A stretch of DNA of 64,000 bases from an uncultured virus (IMG/VR IMGVR_UViG_3300017940_000146) (lineage: Duplodnaviria > Heunggongvirae > Uroviricota > Caudoviricetes). The DNA is taken from the IMG/VR virus record IMGVR_UViG_3300017940_000146; one strand, written 5' to 3'. The notes beneath the pieces are model-generated. The model was given only the letters and a program-made list of their open reading frames with translations. It searched no databases and was not told the DNA's origin. Both the position numbers and the translations under genes were made by a program. Of the stretch, positions 30,220-40,506 are shown piece after piece. Numbering within the stretch: the first letter of the stretch is position 1; each line of letters starts with the position of its first letter.

Positions 30220-30546
30220 ATGTCCAAGAAAAAAGTGGATAATAATTCACCAAAAAGTTTAACAACAAGCCAAAGATTATTTTTAGATCAACTAATTGCA
30301 AAATTTGGAAAGAATGCAAATCTTGTAAAACGTTCTGATTTATTAAAAGCTACAAAAGAGATTAATGGTTTAAAATTTGCACCATCATGGATTAGTAAGA
30401 ATTTAAAGGTTCGTATTCCAGATAAACGGGCCCGATATGATTTGACTGTTCTTTTAAAATTGCCAGTTGTGGCATTTAAAGATGTAGTAATTAAAACGAA
30501 ACCATTGAAAGTTCCAAAGGAGCCAGTTGAACCTGAAGTATGGTAA
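30220..30546 (+). CDS. Basic hypothetical protein preceding the AAA ATPase
   Basis: ORF behind a consensus promoter. Confidence 0.6.
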   Translation: MSKKKVDNNSPKSLTTSQRLFLDQLIAKFGKNANLVKRSDLLKATKEINGLKFAPSWISKNLKVRIPDKRARYDLTVLLKLPVVAFKDVVIKTKPLKVPKEPVEPEVW

Positions 30547-30608
30547 GATGAAAATGATGTAAAAGCGAAACCTTTTGGAATAGAATAAAAAATTGGATAA
30601 TATACATT

Positions 30609-31538
30609 ATGAAGAAGAAAATTGAAAATTCAAATAATTTTATTCCTGAAAAAGACCCAACCTTTGTTCCTTTTGGTTGTTATAATGATGTAAAAACTAT
30701 TATTGATAGTGGTATTTTTCTACCATTTTATATTACAGGTCCCACAAGATCTGGGAAGACATTAATTCCTTTACAGATTTGTGCAGAAAATAAGAAAAAT
30801 TTGTATCGAGTAAATATTACGATTGAAACGGATGAAAGTGATTTATTAGGAAGTTATAAGTTAATTAATGGAGATACAATTTGGGAAGATGGACCAGCAG
30901 TTAAAGCAGCCGAAGATCCTAGTGGTGCACTTCTTTTATTAGATGAAATTGATTTAGGTTCTTCCAAATTTTTATGTATGCAACCTCTTTTAGAAGGTAG
31001 TGGAATTTATATTAAAAAAATTAATCGTTGGGTGCATCCTTGTAAGGGTTTCAATATTGTAGCTACAGCTAATACAAAAGGTCGAGGTAGTGAAGATGGT
31101 AAATATATTGGAACAAATGTAATGAATGAAGCATTATTGGAAAGATTTCCTTTAATGTATGAACAAGGATATCCAAATTCAAAAATAACTGCCAAAATTC
31201 TTAAAAAGAATTTATCAATATATGGTATTGAATCTCCTGATTTTATTGATTGTTTGTGTCAATGGGCAGAAAATATACGGCAAACATATAATCAAGGTGG
31301 TGTAGATGAAACAATTAGTACTGGTCGTTTAGTATATATTGTGAAAGCTTATGCCATTTTTAAACGTAATAGAATTAAGGCTATTCGAGATAGTATTGCT
31401 AGATTTGATTTAAATACTCAAACTAGTTTCCTTGATGTTTATACCAAAATAGATCCAAATGCACAAGATGGACCTGATGATATAGGAAATGAAGATAATT
31501 CACACCCTATTGCTCCGCCAATTAAGAAAACTTGGTAA
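30609..31538 (+). CDS. CobS-like/MoxR-type AAA+ ATPase
   Basis: GPTRSGKT, TIETDESDLLG, LLLDEID, ATANTKGRGSEDG, NEALLERF. Confidence 0.9.
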   Translation: MKKKIENSNNFIPEKDPTFVPFGCYNDVKTIIDSGIFLPFYITGPTRSGKTLIPLQICAENKKNLYRVNITIETDESDLLGSYKLINGDTIWEDGPAVKAAEDPSGALLLLDEIDLGSSKFLCMQPLLEGSGIYIKKINRWVHPCKGFNIVATANTKGRGSEDGKYIGTNVMNEALLERFPLMYEQGYPNSKITAKILKKNLSIYGIESPDFIDCLCQWAENIRQTYNQGGVDETISTGRLVYIVKAYAIFKRNRIKAIRDSIARFDLNTQTSFLDVYTKIDPNAQDGPDDIGNEDNSHPIAPPIKKTW

Positions 31539-31567
31539 TTGACAACCAAATAGAAATATGTTATAAT
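31539..31567 (+). promoter_or_regulatory. Sigma70-type promoter
   Basis: TTGACA-17-TATAAT. Confidence 0.85.
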
Positions 31568-31612
31568 GAATAATGATAAAAAGAAAATTTAGTATTTTGG
31601 GATATATTTAAA

Positions 31613-32056
31613 ATGAATGAAGAATTATGGAAAAAAGAACCGCCTCCAATAGTAAATAATAAACCTGCTATTTGGGATCTTGTATTAAGTGATTTATCAA
31701 GACAAAAATTTCCTCCAGGATCAATACAAGAAAAAACACAATTAAAATTGATGGATGATATTAAATTAAGGGACCGTACAGGATATCATAAGTATGGTAC
31801 AAGACTTCAACCATTCAATGGGCGTGATGCATTAAAAGATGCTTATGAAGAACATTTGGATAGTTTAGTATATATGCGCCAAGCTTTATTTGAAGCAATG
31901 GATACCGTAATAGTTACTAAAGATTCTGAAGCATATAAATTAGTTTTAATGCAACATTATAAATCGGTATTGGAAAATACATTAAGATTGAAATTTATAA
32001 TTGAAATGAAAAAGGAATTAGCTAATGTCTCTATTATTAACACCAATAACAACTGA
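31613..32056 (+). CDS. Putative all-alpha (MazG-like) nucleotide pyrophosphohydrolase
   Basis: G..KYGT.L....GRDAL.DAYEE.LD..VY acidic helix motif. Confidence 0.5.
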   Translation: MNEELWKKEPPPIVNNKPAIWDLVLSDLSRQKFPPGSIQEKTQLKLMDDIKLRDRTGYHKYGTRLQPFNGRDALKDAYEEHLDSLVYMRQALFEAMDTVIVTKDSEAYKLVLMQHYKSVLENTLRLKFIIEMKKELANVSIINTNNN

Positions 32057-32723
32057 TATTTTAAAGAATTTTGCAACTATTAATCAAACATTATTGTTTC
32101 CAAAAGGAAATAATTTGGTAACACGTTCTGTAAAGAAACATACTTTTGCAGAAGTAGAAATAACAGAAAAATTTCCTAAAAGATTTACAATTTATGATTT
32201 AACTCAATTTTTATCAGTAACAACACAATTTGAAAAACCAACATTGATTTTTGATGAAGCTGATGAATATGTTAAAATTAGTGATGAATCTGGTGGTTTA
32301 TCGGTTAAATATCATTATGGAGATGAAGCTTTAGCATATATTCCAGATCCTAAGAAAAAAATAGCTTTACCTAGTACTGAAGTTACCTTAAAATTAACAG
32401 AAGCTCAATTTCGATCAATTACAAATATGGCTAGAACTTTAGGAACGCCTGAATTGGCTCTTGAAAGTGATGGTAAAAAGTTAAGTCTAACTACATTAGA
32501 TAGTAAAAATAGCAGTACAAATACAACCAGTCTTGAAATTGGTAAAGCACCTGCTAAAATTCCTCCATTTAAATTTGTTTGGAAAATTGATTATTTAACA
32601 TTAATTCCAGGCACTTATGATGTTGCAGTATGTAAAGATGGTATTAGCCGCTTTAAACATGAGACTTTACCACTTACATATCATATTGTATTAGAAGCAA
32701 ATGCTAGTCAATATGGTAATTAA
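32025..32723 (+). CDS. gp45: Sliding clamp gp45
   Basis: ILKNFATINQ, F.IYDL.QFLS, IPGTYDV; upstream of gp44. Confidence 0.92.
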   Translation: MSLLLTPITTDILKNFATINQTLLFPKGNNLVTRSVKKHTFAEVEITEKFPKRFTIYDLTQFLSVTTQFEKPTLIFDEADEYVKISDESGGLSVKYHYGDEALAYIPDPKKKIALPSTEVTLKLTEAQFRSITNMARTLGTPELALESDGKKLSLTTLDSKNSSTNTTSLEIGKAPAKIPPFKFVWKIDYLTLIPGTYDVAVCKDGISRFKHETLPLTYHIVLEANASQYGN

Positions 32724-32728
32724 AATGT

Positions 32729-32804
32729 GGAGTTATCTTCTAAATGGATAGGAAGGTGGCCCTTCACGCCACAAATCCGAGTTCAATCCTCGGTAACTCT
32801 ACCA
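32729..32804 (+). tRNA. tRNA-Glu(TTC) with C33
   Basis: Acceptor ggagtta/taactct, anticodon arm gtggc-CCTTCAC-gccac, TTCAA T-loop, encoded CCA. Confidence 0.85.
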
Positions 32805-32845
32805 AAATATTATGGATAATAAATCAAATAATGTGAAAAGGAAAA

Positions 32846-33115
32846 ATGGAAATTATGGCACAAATGAAAATTAATATTAAAACTAAAGAAGTTAAAAAAG
32901 AATCTAGACGTTTAGGATCTATTACATATGGAACAGTATTTTCTGGATATATTGATGGTTTGGGTAATGGAATTTTTCTTTTAGCTGGTGAAGGTGTTTT
33001 TAAATTAGATAAATCACTTCATCCTTTTAATTCTATATATGTAGGTCCTGAATGGGATATTATAGTTAAAGGATACAAGGAATTAAAATCAACCTTGACT
33101 ATTGAAAATGGCTAA
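32846..33115 (+). CDS. Hypothetical protein
   Basis: ORF with AAGGA RBS. Confidence 0.55.
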   Translation: MEIMAQMKINIKTKEVKKESRRLGSITYGTVFSGYIDGLGNGIFLLAGEGVFKLDKSLHPFNSIYVGPEWDIIVKGYKELKSTLTIENG

Positions 33116-33389
33116 ATCTACTAAAAGAAAAAATACAACTTTACATTGCCAATTTTGTGGTCAGAAACGTAAAATGGCTCAATTTTTGGCAATTGATACC
33201 AGTGAACCAGAAAATAAAGAAAAACGTAAAACATATCCCTTTAGTGTAAAGAAGTTCCTTGATTTAATTCAATCAGATCAAGTAGTTAAATTACCAAAAT
33301 ATTATGCAGGAGTTTGTAGTGCATGTTTACAACCTACATATTATCAAGGACAAAATCAAGGAACTAAATTGAAAGTGGTGGTTACATAA
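33108..33389 (+). CDS. Small C4 zinc-finger protein
   Basis: CQFC...CSAC. Confidence 0.6.
   Translation: MAKSTKRKNTTLHCQFCGQKRKMAQFLAIDTSEPENKEKRKTYPFSVKKFLDLIQSDQVVKLPKYYAGVCSACLQPTYYQGQNQGTKLKVVVT
33277..33341 (+). repeat. 65-bp exact direct repeat, copy 1 (copy 2 at 46444-46508)
   Basis: atcaagtagttaaattaccaaaatattatgcaggagtttgtagtgcatgtttacaacctacatat present at both loci. Confidence 0.95.
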
Positions 33390-33568
33390 TGGAAAAATGT
33401 AAAATTTGTGGAGAGAGTGACCAATTATTTCCTGATCGCGCGGGTTATTTTATGATGCTGTAATTCTTGAGGGTGAAATGAAAGGAGCACCATTACTTTG
33501 TAGATGGTGTAGAGATCCTAAATATCCTACAATAATTAAATTGAAAAAAGAAAAGGAAAAAGTATTAC

Positions 33569-34513
33569 ATGATTCGTAAAGAAATTATTTGGGCAGAGAA
33601 ATATCGTCCACGTACGGTAAAAGATACAGTCCTTCCAGAAAACCTCAGAATAATATTCCAATCTTATGTAGATCAAAATATTATTCCTAATATAACTTTA
33701 CATGGTGTTCCAGGAATTGGAAAAACAACTATTGCTCGTGCGCTATGTGATGAGTTGGATGCGGATAGTTTAATTATCAATTGTTCTGAAAATGGTAATA
33801 TTGATACATTGAGAACAGATATTCGTGGTTTTTCATCAACAGTATCTATGACTGGTGGACGTAAAGTAGTTATTTTGGATGAAGCTGATGGGCTTACCAA
33901 GTTAACTCAAGAAGCATTACGGAATTTCATGGAAGAATTTTCTGGAAATTGTAGTTTTATTTTAACTATCAATTTTAAGAATCAAGTAATTGATGCTTTA
34001 TTTTCTCGCTGTCCTATTGTTGATTTTAAACCAACAAAAGAAGAAAAAGTTTCTATGGCCAAACAAATGCATCAACGGATTGCCGAAATCTTAAAGATAG
34101 AAAAGATCCCATTTGAAAATGCAGTTTTAATGCAATTGATTTCGAAATTCTTTCCTGATTTTCGTATGACAATTGGTGTAATTCAAAGATATGCAATTAC
34201 AGGAAAGATTGATTCAGGTATTTTAAGCCAGTTGGCCGATGTTCCGATTAAGGAACTTTTAGCAGCAATGAAAGATAAAGATTTTGGTAAAGTGAGAAAG
34301 TGGGTAGCTAATAACGCAGATAATGAACCCACGCGCATATATCGGCAGTTGTTTGATGTGATGTATGTTCATTTTAAGCCAGAATTCATTCCACAATTTG
34401 TTTTGATTTTGGGTGATTTTCTGGATCAAGCATCACGTAGTTTGGATCAAGAAATTTGTTTGCTTGCGTTTTTAACAACTGTAATGGCAGATGAAGGATT
34501 TGAAGTTATATGA
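33569..34513 (+). CDS. gp44: Clamp loader large subunit gp44
   Basis: WAEKYRP, GVPGIGKTT, ILDEAD, SRC, FPDFR. Confidence 0.96.
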   Translation: MIRKEIIWAEKYRPRTVKDTVLPENLRIIFQSYVDQNIIPNITLHGVPGIGKTTIARALCDELDADSLIINCSENGNIDTLRTDIRGFSSTVSMTGGRKVVILDEADGLTKLTQEALRNFMEEFSGNCSFILTINFKNQVIDALFSRCPIVDFKPTKEEKVSMAKQMHQRIAEILKIEKIPFENAVLMQLISKFFPDFRMTIGVIQRYAITGKIDSGILSQLADVPIKELLAAMKDKDFGKVRKWVANNADNEPTRIYRQLFDVMYVHFKPEFIPQFVLILGDFLDQASRSLDQEICLLAFLTTVMADEGFEVI

Positions 34514-35394
34514 AAATTAAAACTTGTATCCTTGTAGATCCTATGGGCACCTCTATGCATACAGCAGAAGAGGAAGTAGAAACTCATAAAAAAGTATTTG
34601 CTGCTTTAATTTTTCCATGTGAATTGGATGCATATCGGGCGCATTCCGTGGGTGGTATTCAAGAAGGTACAGATTTAGTTATTTACGATTTTGGTGGAAT
34701 GCTGCCAGGAACCTCATTGATGGAAGATAATTCACGGTATTTGATTAAATGGGCTGAAAATAATCCTAATTCTTTGATACTTGTGGTTTCAGATTATACT
34801 TATCGTGTATATGTAAAATATGAAATAGATGAATTGTTTGAAAAGGGGGGTATAGAATTACATAATATAATTTTGGAAGACCATAACAAAGATCATTCAT
34901 TTCCGCAATGGTGGTTAGATGACCATGGTATTGTTATTAGTGGTGATAATCTCGATAAAGCATTTGATGCTTCAATAGATTCACCGACAGAAGATTTGGT
35001 AGAGGAAAAATATGTACCAAAGAAAACTGTTAAGAAAAAGAAAATTGCAAAGAAAAAGAAAGAGCCAAAAGAAATCAAAAATGATCCGGATCCAGTTGTC
35101 AAAAAGCCAAGAGTTCCAGTGGCTACAATTTCTGTCCCAGTTCAAAGAGATTGGTATCCCGGACAAACTAAAGGGACAATGAGATTTAAATTGGCAGATT
35201 GTATGGTAGATGTAATTGAAAATGAAAATACACCAAAAGAAAAACAAGTAGCACATTTCGGTGGAACCTTTTTTGGGTTTTATGAAATTTCTTTTCCCGA
35301 TGGGAATGGTGATTTATGGTCTTATTCAATTCATCCAGAAGATTTTTATGCAGCATTTAAAACAATGCATGAACAATTATTGAAAGAAGGATAA
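34510..35394 (+). CDS. Hypothetical two-domain protein with Lys-rich linker
   Basis: 294-aa ORF inserted between gp44 and gp62. Confidence 0.65.
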   Translation: MKIKTCILVDPMGTSMHTAEEEVETHKKVFAALIFPCELDAYRAHSVGGIQEGTDLVIYDFGGMLPGTSLMEDNSRYLIKWAENNPNSLILVVSDYTYRVYVKYEIDELFEKGGIELHNIILEDHNKDHSFPQWWLDDHGIVISGDNLDKAFDASIDSPTEDLVEEKYVPKKTVKKKKIAKKKKEPKEIKNDPDPVVKKPRVPVATISVPVQRDWYPGQTKGTMRFKLADCMVDVIENENTPKEKQVAHFGGTFFGFYEISFPDGNGDLWSYSIHPEDFYAAFKTMHEQLLKEG

Positions 35395-35484
35395 TAATAT
35401 GACAGAAAAGAAAGTAGTAAAAATGAAAAGACAATCGGGAGATATCCTATCAGATGCGGATGGTACTTGGGAATATATTCTGTA

Positions 35485-35904
35485 ATGGCAGATTTTTTTA
35501 GGTTTTTAGATTCAATTAATAAAACGAAAAAAAATTTACTTGAGGATTCTGAATCAGATCCTCAAATAACTGAAAAAGAATATAAGCGGTATGCGTATGT
35601 GATAAATCGTATATTTGCTCGTTTTCCTGATTCACTTTATTATGCCCAAGAAATGAATAAAAGATCGAGTTTAGATGGTGCTCCTCAATATCTTTTTTAT
35701 CTGTATGGTGTTTCTGCGCGTCCTCGTTTTGCAAAAGGAACAAAAGATGAAAAACCTGAAAATTTAGATTTAGTTAAAGAATATTATTCCTATTCTACTA
35801 AAAAAGCTAGAGAAGCATTGAAAATCCTTACTGAAAAGGATCTTGAATATATTAAATCTCGAATGTATCAGGGTGGTATAAATAAAAAGAAAAATGTTTT
35901 ATAA
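35485..35904 (+). CDS. gp62: Clamp loader small subunit gp62
   Basis: FLDSIN.TKKNL, YVINR, AQEMN, VKEYYSYS.KKA.EAL.IL. Confidence 0.9.
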   Translation: MADFFRFLDSINKTKKNLLEDSESDPQITEKEYKRYAYVINRIFARFPDSLYYAQEMNKRSSLDGAPQYLFYLYGVSARPRFAKGTKDEKPENLDLVKEYYSYSTKKAREALKILTEKDLEYIKSRMYQGGINKKKNVL

Positions 35905-36021
35905 AGATATTTCAGGTCCATCTAAAGACTATTGATCATATAAATAATAATGAAAATTATGAGCCTGGTAATGTTGGGTGGGCCACAAGATCTGAACAAC
36001 AAAGAAATAAAAGGAAAAATT

Positions 36022-36426
36022 ATGTTATTTGATGATATTGGAATTGAAGTCACTTTATCCTCACCGGATGATTTTTTAAAAACTAAGGAAACTTTAACTC
36101 GTATTGGAATAGCTTCACGTAAAGAACCAAAATTATATCAATCGGCACATATATTACATAAACAAGGTCACTATAAAATTCTCCATTTTAAAGAACTTTT
36201 TGCATTAGATGGAAAACAAACGAATTTTTCAGAAGAAGATAAAGGGCGCCGTAATACAATTGCAAATCTTTTGGCAGAATGGGGATTAGTAAAATTGGTG
36301 GATCCAGAAAAATCTAAATCACCTATTACACCAATTAATTTAATTAAAATTTTATCTTTCAAAGAAAAGGAAGGATGGACTTTAGTTCCAAAATATAATA
36401 TTGGAAAACCGAAAAGAGTGATATAA
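36022..36426 (+). CDS. regA: Translational repressor RegA
   Basis: DDFLK.KETLTRIGIAS, LYQS.HILHKQG.Y.I.HFKELF.LDGK, RRNTIANLL.EWGL. Confidence 0.96.
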   Translation: MLFDDIGIEVTLSSPDDFLKTKETLTRIGIASRKEPKLYQSAHILHKQGHYKILHFKELFALDGKQTNFSEEDKGRRNTIANLLAEWGLVKLVDPEKSKSPITPINLIKILSFKEKEGWTLVPKYNIGKPKRVI

Positions 36427-36674
36427 TGTTTGATAATCAAAAAATTTCTGAATTAAAGGAACAAGTAAAGAATAATCCTGATAATGTAGTAAGCCCCAAA
36501 GTAAATGAAATGATGCAGGATATAGTTGAAAAAAGATCTAAAACTCTTTCTACATCTCAATTACTCCGTCAGCGGGCTCAAGAATCATTAAATAATCAAA
36601 TAGATCCTAATATTGTAGAAATGTCAGACCGGCGTTATTCTAAAATTTCTACTGGGTGGAAAAAGCAAAAATAA
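36426..36674 (+). CDS. Hypothetical protein
   Basis: ORF coupled to regA. Confidence 0.55.
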   Translation: MFDNQKISELKEQVKNNPDNVVSPKVNEMMQDIVEKRSKTLSTSQLLRQRAQESLNNQIDPNIVEMSDRRYSKISTGWKKQK

Positions 36675-36677
36675 ATC

Positions 36678-36706
36678 TTGACAAAAATATTGAGGTATGA
36701 TATAAT
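36678..36706 (+). promoter_or_regulatory. Sigma70-type promoter
   Basis: TTGACA-17-TATAAT, ATG 8 nt downstream. Confidence 0.85.
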
Positions 36707-36714
36707 TTTGTATT

Positions 36715-37359
36715 ATGTTGAATAAAAAGAAAGCTAAAGATTATTTTGATTATTCGGTTTTGCATAGTTTTTTAGAATCTAAAGTTGGACAACTTTGGGA
36801 TAAAGTATATTCTGAAATTTGCCATTTTGCTGATGATAAAACTGAAATAGGACAGGAAATTCGTCATCGTATTTTATGGATGGTAGAAAAAAATGTTTAT
36901 ATATTAAATGGTGAAGCATATACTCAACATTCACATTTTCCTAAAATTTATCCTATTGAAGATCTTTATGTAGATCCAAATACTGGTTTTCTTTGTAAAG
37001 GAAAATATAAGAGTAGATCTTGGAAACAACCTCATACAAATGAATTAGAAATTGATTATATTCAAAGTAAATTTTTACCAATAAATTTGGGTTTTGGTGA
37101 TGTATATGACTTTAAACAAATCAAAGGTTGTTGGTTTGTTTATTGGATAACAAAAAATGAAACTACTTATCCAATATATCATAATGGTGTTAAGGTTGAT
37201 GATGGTATCTATATACAGGAGAATTACCATCAACGCCAATTATCCAAAGAAGAAATAAAGAAAAATGTAACACCAAATCTACAAAAAGGAACCAATAGTA
37301 AATTGTATGCTCGGATAAGAACTTACCTCCCAGCATCAGAGTGGAAATTAAATGGCTAG
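36715..37359 (+). CDS. Hypothetical protein
   Basis: FLESKVGQ.WDKVYSEIC, LYVDP.TG.L. Confidence 0.65.
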   Translation: MLNKKKAKDYFDYSVLHSFLESKVGQLWDKVYSEICHFADDKTEIGQEIRHRILWMVEKNVYILNGEAYTQHSHFPKIYPIEDLYVDPNTGFLCKGKYKSRSWKQPHTNELEIDYIQSKFLPINLGFGDVYDFKQIKGCWFVYWITKNETTYPIYHNGVKVDDGIYIQENYHQRQLSKEEIKKNVTPNLQKGTNSKLYARIRTYLPASEWKLNG

Positions 37360-37564
37360 ACAGATTAACGAAACGTTGGAATTAGAAAGAGAGAATGAGT
37401 TATATTCGGATACTCTTTACTTATTGAAAACAGAACTTGGAAAGATCCGGAGAGAATATACTTTGGAAAGTAATACACAATTGTCCTTGATTGATATAGG
37501 CCGCTTGGATGATGATTTGGAATCGCTTGTTCAAGCTATCGAAACCACACTTCTTGGCCTATAA
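37352..37564 (+). CDS. Hypothetical protein
   Basis: Overlapping-start ORF. Confidence 0.5.
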   Translation: MARQINETLELERENELYSDTLYLLKTELGKIRREYTLESNTQLSLIDIGRLDDDLESLVQAIETTLLGL

Positions 37565-37702
37565 AACACATTTTTATGATTTCCAATCGCTCTATCTTGT
37601 TGATTTAGAATGAGATAAAATTCATGGATTTTTGTTTTACTTGAATCTGCGTAATACCGCACCTTTTCTTAACCTTTAAAGAAACCATCAAATAAATATT
37701 TG

Positions 37703-38323
37703 CTATCCACATTGTTTTGTGTAATGTTGTCCTAATTTGGCTATTTGTATTTTCCTTTTGGTTTCTTGTGAGCGTTTTAATCCTGTTTGAGATTTAGACC
37801 TGTTAAATATATGTTCTTTGGAAAGTTTCCGATTAGTTAAAGATTTAGATATTTTATTTTTAGTTTTTTGTGATGGATGTTTATTTAATTTTATTTGTGA
37901 CATTTTGTATATAGTTTCTTTAGAATGTTTTGGTAAATTAATTTTACCTTTACGCCAAGAAATTTTTCCTTTATTTTTCATACCTATTTTATTTTTAGTT
38001 TCTTTAGAATGTTTTCCATGTCCATCTCCACCAGGAGTCATATTATATCCATTAATATTTGTATCAAAATAAAATATACAAATGATTTCTAAATTCTTGG
38101 CTTCGTCTAAAGTTGGAATATTATATATTAGGATTTTATAAGTCCATTGATCCTCATTTGGATATTTTCTAATAGCAGTATCTAATTTGTGTCCATGTTT
38201 AAAATTTTTGGAATGTGAAATTTCTTGTTTCCATCTTTCTTTCATAGTTTGACAAGTATATCCAATATAAGATTTTCCTGATGGACTGGTGTGTTTATAT
38301 ATTAAATAAATAGGTTTAGACAT
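37703..38323 (-). CDS. GIY-YIG (Seg-like) homing endonuclease with NUMOD3 repeats
   Basis: IYKHT..SGKSYIG, RW, GYNMTPGGDG, repeated HSKET..K. Confidence 0.9.
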   Translation of the reverse strand: MSKPIYLIYKHTSPSGKSYIGYTCQTMKERWKQEISHSKNFKHGHKLDTAIRKYPNEDQWTYKILIYNIPTLDEAKNLEIICIFYFDTNINGYNMTPGGDGHGKHSKETKNKIGMKNKGKISWRKGKINLPKHSKETIYKMSQIKLNKHPSQKTKNKISKSLTNRKLSKEHIFNRSKSQTGLKRSQETKRKIQIAKLGQHYTKQCG

Positions 38324-38353
38324 TTGCGTTAGTTACCTCTAATGCTTTGTTCA

Positions 38354-38403
38354 GGGGCCAATGCGGTCTTAAACACCACTTGGTCCCGATAATAATATTT
38401 ATA
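38354..38403 (-). promoter_or_regulatory. Late promoter TATAAATA plus leader hairpin of the GIY-YIG gene
   Basis: tatttata at 38396-38403; hairpin ggggccaa-tgcggt...accac-ttggtccc. Confidence 0.65.
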
Positions 38404-38408
38404 TTCAC

Positions 38409-38437
38409 TTGACATTTCATTTATTTTATGTTATGAT
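38409..38437 (+). promoter_or_regulatory. Sigma70-type promoter
   Basis: TTGACA-17-TATGAT. Confidence 0.75.
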
Positions 38438-38465
38438 AGATGTATCATAAAATAAAGGATAAATT

Positions 38466-39455
38466 ATGAGTAATTTCATTGTTGAAGTGGTTAGAATTGA
38501 AAAAATTGAAAAACACCCCAACGCAGACCTACTCGGAATTTGTAAAGTATTTGATGGATATCAATGTGTTGTTCGTTTAGAAGATTGGAAGAAAGGAGAT
38601 TTGGCTGCTTATCTTCCACCCGATTCAGTTGTTCCAAATACTGAACAATTTAAATTTTTGGAAGGGCATTTAAAAATCAGGGCTAGGAGATTCCGCGGGG
38701 AAGAATCTTATGGTATGCTCATACCTGCGCCTGAAGGATCGGTAGTTGGTGATGATGTTGCTGATATTCTTGGAATTAAACATTATGACCCAGAATTATC
38801 CGCAGAAATTAATTCGGCTCAAGGAGAATTTCAAGATCCTCCACCAATTGATGGTGTAATTTATGATATTGAACCATGGCAAAAATATCGGAATGAATTT
38901 GTGGAAGGTGAAGAAGTTGTAATTACAGAAAAAATCCATGGTGCAAATTCACGGTATACTTTCCAAAATGGAAAAATGTATTGTGGATCGCACTATCAAT
39001 GGAAAAAAATACCAGAACAGGGAAAGAATCTTTATTGGAATGTATTAGAATATTGTCCTTGGGTAGAAGCATTTTGCCGTCTTAATCCGGATGTAATTTT
39101 ATATGGAGAAATTTTTGGTGCAGTACAGAAGGGATTTAATTATGGTGTTACTCAGGAATGTCCTTATAAGTTTAGAGCGTTTGATGTATTCGCCGCAGGT
39201 CAATTTTTGGATTATGACGATGCCCTCGGTGGTGCCAAATCTGATTTTTTGGTACCAGTGTTATATCGCGGGCCATATTCTATAGAAGTGATGCAAAAAT
39301 ATGTAAATGGATTATCTACAATAGAAGGCGCGAAACATATCCGCGAGGGGTGTGTAGTTAAATGTATTAAAGAAAGATATTCTGAAAGGTTACATGGAAG
39401 ATTAATATTAAAATATGTATCTATAGATTATTTGGAGGACAAAAGGAAGAAATAG
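38466..39455 (+). CDS. RNA ligase, DRB0094-like family
   Basis: N-terminal IEKHPNAD.L OB-like domain, TEKIHGAN motif I, YGEIFG, FDV, REGCVVK, LKYVS. Confidence 0.9.
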   Translation: MSNFIVEVVRIEKIEKHPNADLLGICKVFDGYQCVVRLEDWKKGDLAAYLPPDSVVPNTEQFKFLEGHLKIRARRFRGEESYGMLIPAPEGSVVGDDVADILGIKHYDPELSAEINSAQGEFQDPPPIDGVIYDIEPWQKYRNEFVEGEEVVITEKIHGANSRYTFQNGKMYCGSHYQWKKIPEQGKNLYWNVLEYCPWVEAFCRLNPDVILYGEIFGAVQKGFNYGVTQECPYKFRAFDVFAAGQFLDYDDALGGAKSDFLVPVLYRGPYSIEVMQKYVNGLSTIEGAKHIREGCVVKCIKERYSERLHGRLILKYVSIDYLEDKRKK

Positions 39456-39479
39456 CATGTTTTTTCTTTAATGTTTCAC

Positions 39480-39821
39480 ATGAAAAACCAAACAAAAAAG
39501 GCGGCACAAAAAATTGAGGCGAAACATCACCAATGGACTTTTGAAATTCAAGGTAAATATAATCCATCTGGTATTTCTAATTTTTTTGGTAAATTAAAAG
39601 ATGAAGGTGGGAGAGTTATTGTAACTATTCGAGAAAATGAAGATTATAATCAAATATCTCGATTACTTATGACTTCAAAATATTTAACTTCTATTCGAGA
39701 TATGAGAGGTTTAGCTCGTTGGGCATGGGATCGTGGTTTAGTTCAAATGAATAAAGAAGAAAAAGAAAAATGGAATAAAAAGAAAATAGTTCCATTAGAT
39801 ATTAAGGAAGTTTTAATATGA
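39480..39821 (+). CDS. Hypothetical protein
   Basis: ORF. Confidence 0.55.
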   Translation: MKNQTKKAAQKIEAKHHQWTFEIQGKYNPSGISNFFGKLKDEGGRVIVTIRENEDYNQISRLLMTSKYLTSIRDMRGLARWAWDRGLVQMNKEEKEKWNKKKIVPLDIKEVLI

Positions 39822-39943
39822 GAAATTGTGGTATAGTATTTGAAGAAGGTTTAGAATATTATGTGTATGAAGTAGGACCAATTTAGATGAAAAACGGTAC
39901 GATACATATGTCAATGAAATTCCCTATTTTATAAGAAAATATT

Positions 39944-40198
39944 ATGATAAATCAAAAGCGTGAAATATGTAAAGCATGTGCAACAGGTCTTGATAAATAC
40001 CCGCATAATAATGATCCTAAAACTTGTATTATGGGAAGAAAAGATTATATAAGGAATCTTCCACCCGAGAAACAAATTAAACAATTGGTAATTTATGAAC
40101 AATTATCACCAGAAATGGGTGAATATATTAATAAATTAGCCAAAGAAAGAAAAAGAACACCTTTAGAAATTTTAGAAGAAGAAGGTATGGAGGTTTGA
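39944..40198 (+). CDS. Hypothetical protein
   Basis: ORF. Confidence 0.5.
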   Translation: MINQKREICKACATGLDKYPHNNDPKTCIMGRKDYIRNLPPEKQIKQLVIYEQLSPEMGEYINKLAKERKRTPLEILEEEGMEV

Positions 40199-40199
40199 A

Positions 40200-40487
40200 A
40201 TGAAGGTACAAAAGAAAGCAAAGGATTTGAGGGTTGGTGATAGAATTATTGGTTTAACTAAAAGTTGGTTAGTTAAAGACATACAAACAAGCCATTTAAC
40301 TGGAGTTATATTTCCATTACTTACTTTAGTAGATGATAATGGAGATGAAATGAAAATTGAATCAGGTTCAACTGATAGACTTCAGGATCATATTTATGAT
40401 GTTGAAATTCCTGATAATGATCAATCAAAATTACCATTTAAAACAGTAAAGAAACCTATTAAAAAAGTTGCTAAGAAAAAGAAATAA
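40200..40487 (+). CDS. Hypothetical protein
   Basis: GGAGG RBS; AKDLRVGDRI. Confidence 0.55.
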   Translation: MKVQKKAKDLRVGDRIIGLTKSWLVKDIQTSHLTGVIFPLLTLVDDNGDEMKIESGSTDRLQDHIYDVEIPDNDQSKLPFKTVKKPIKKVAKKKK

Positions 40488-40506
40488 TTTAATGGGTTAA
40501 TAAATT

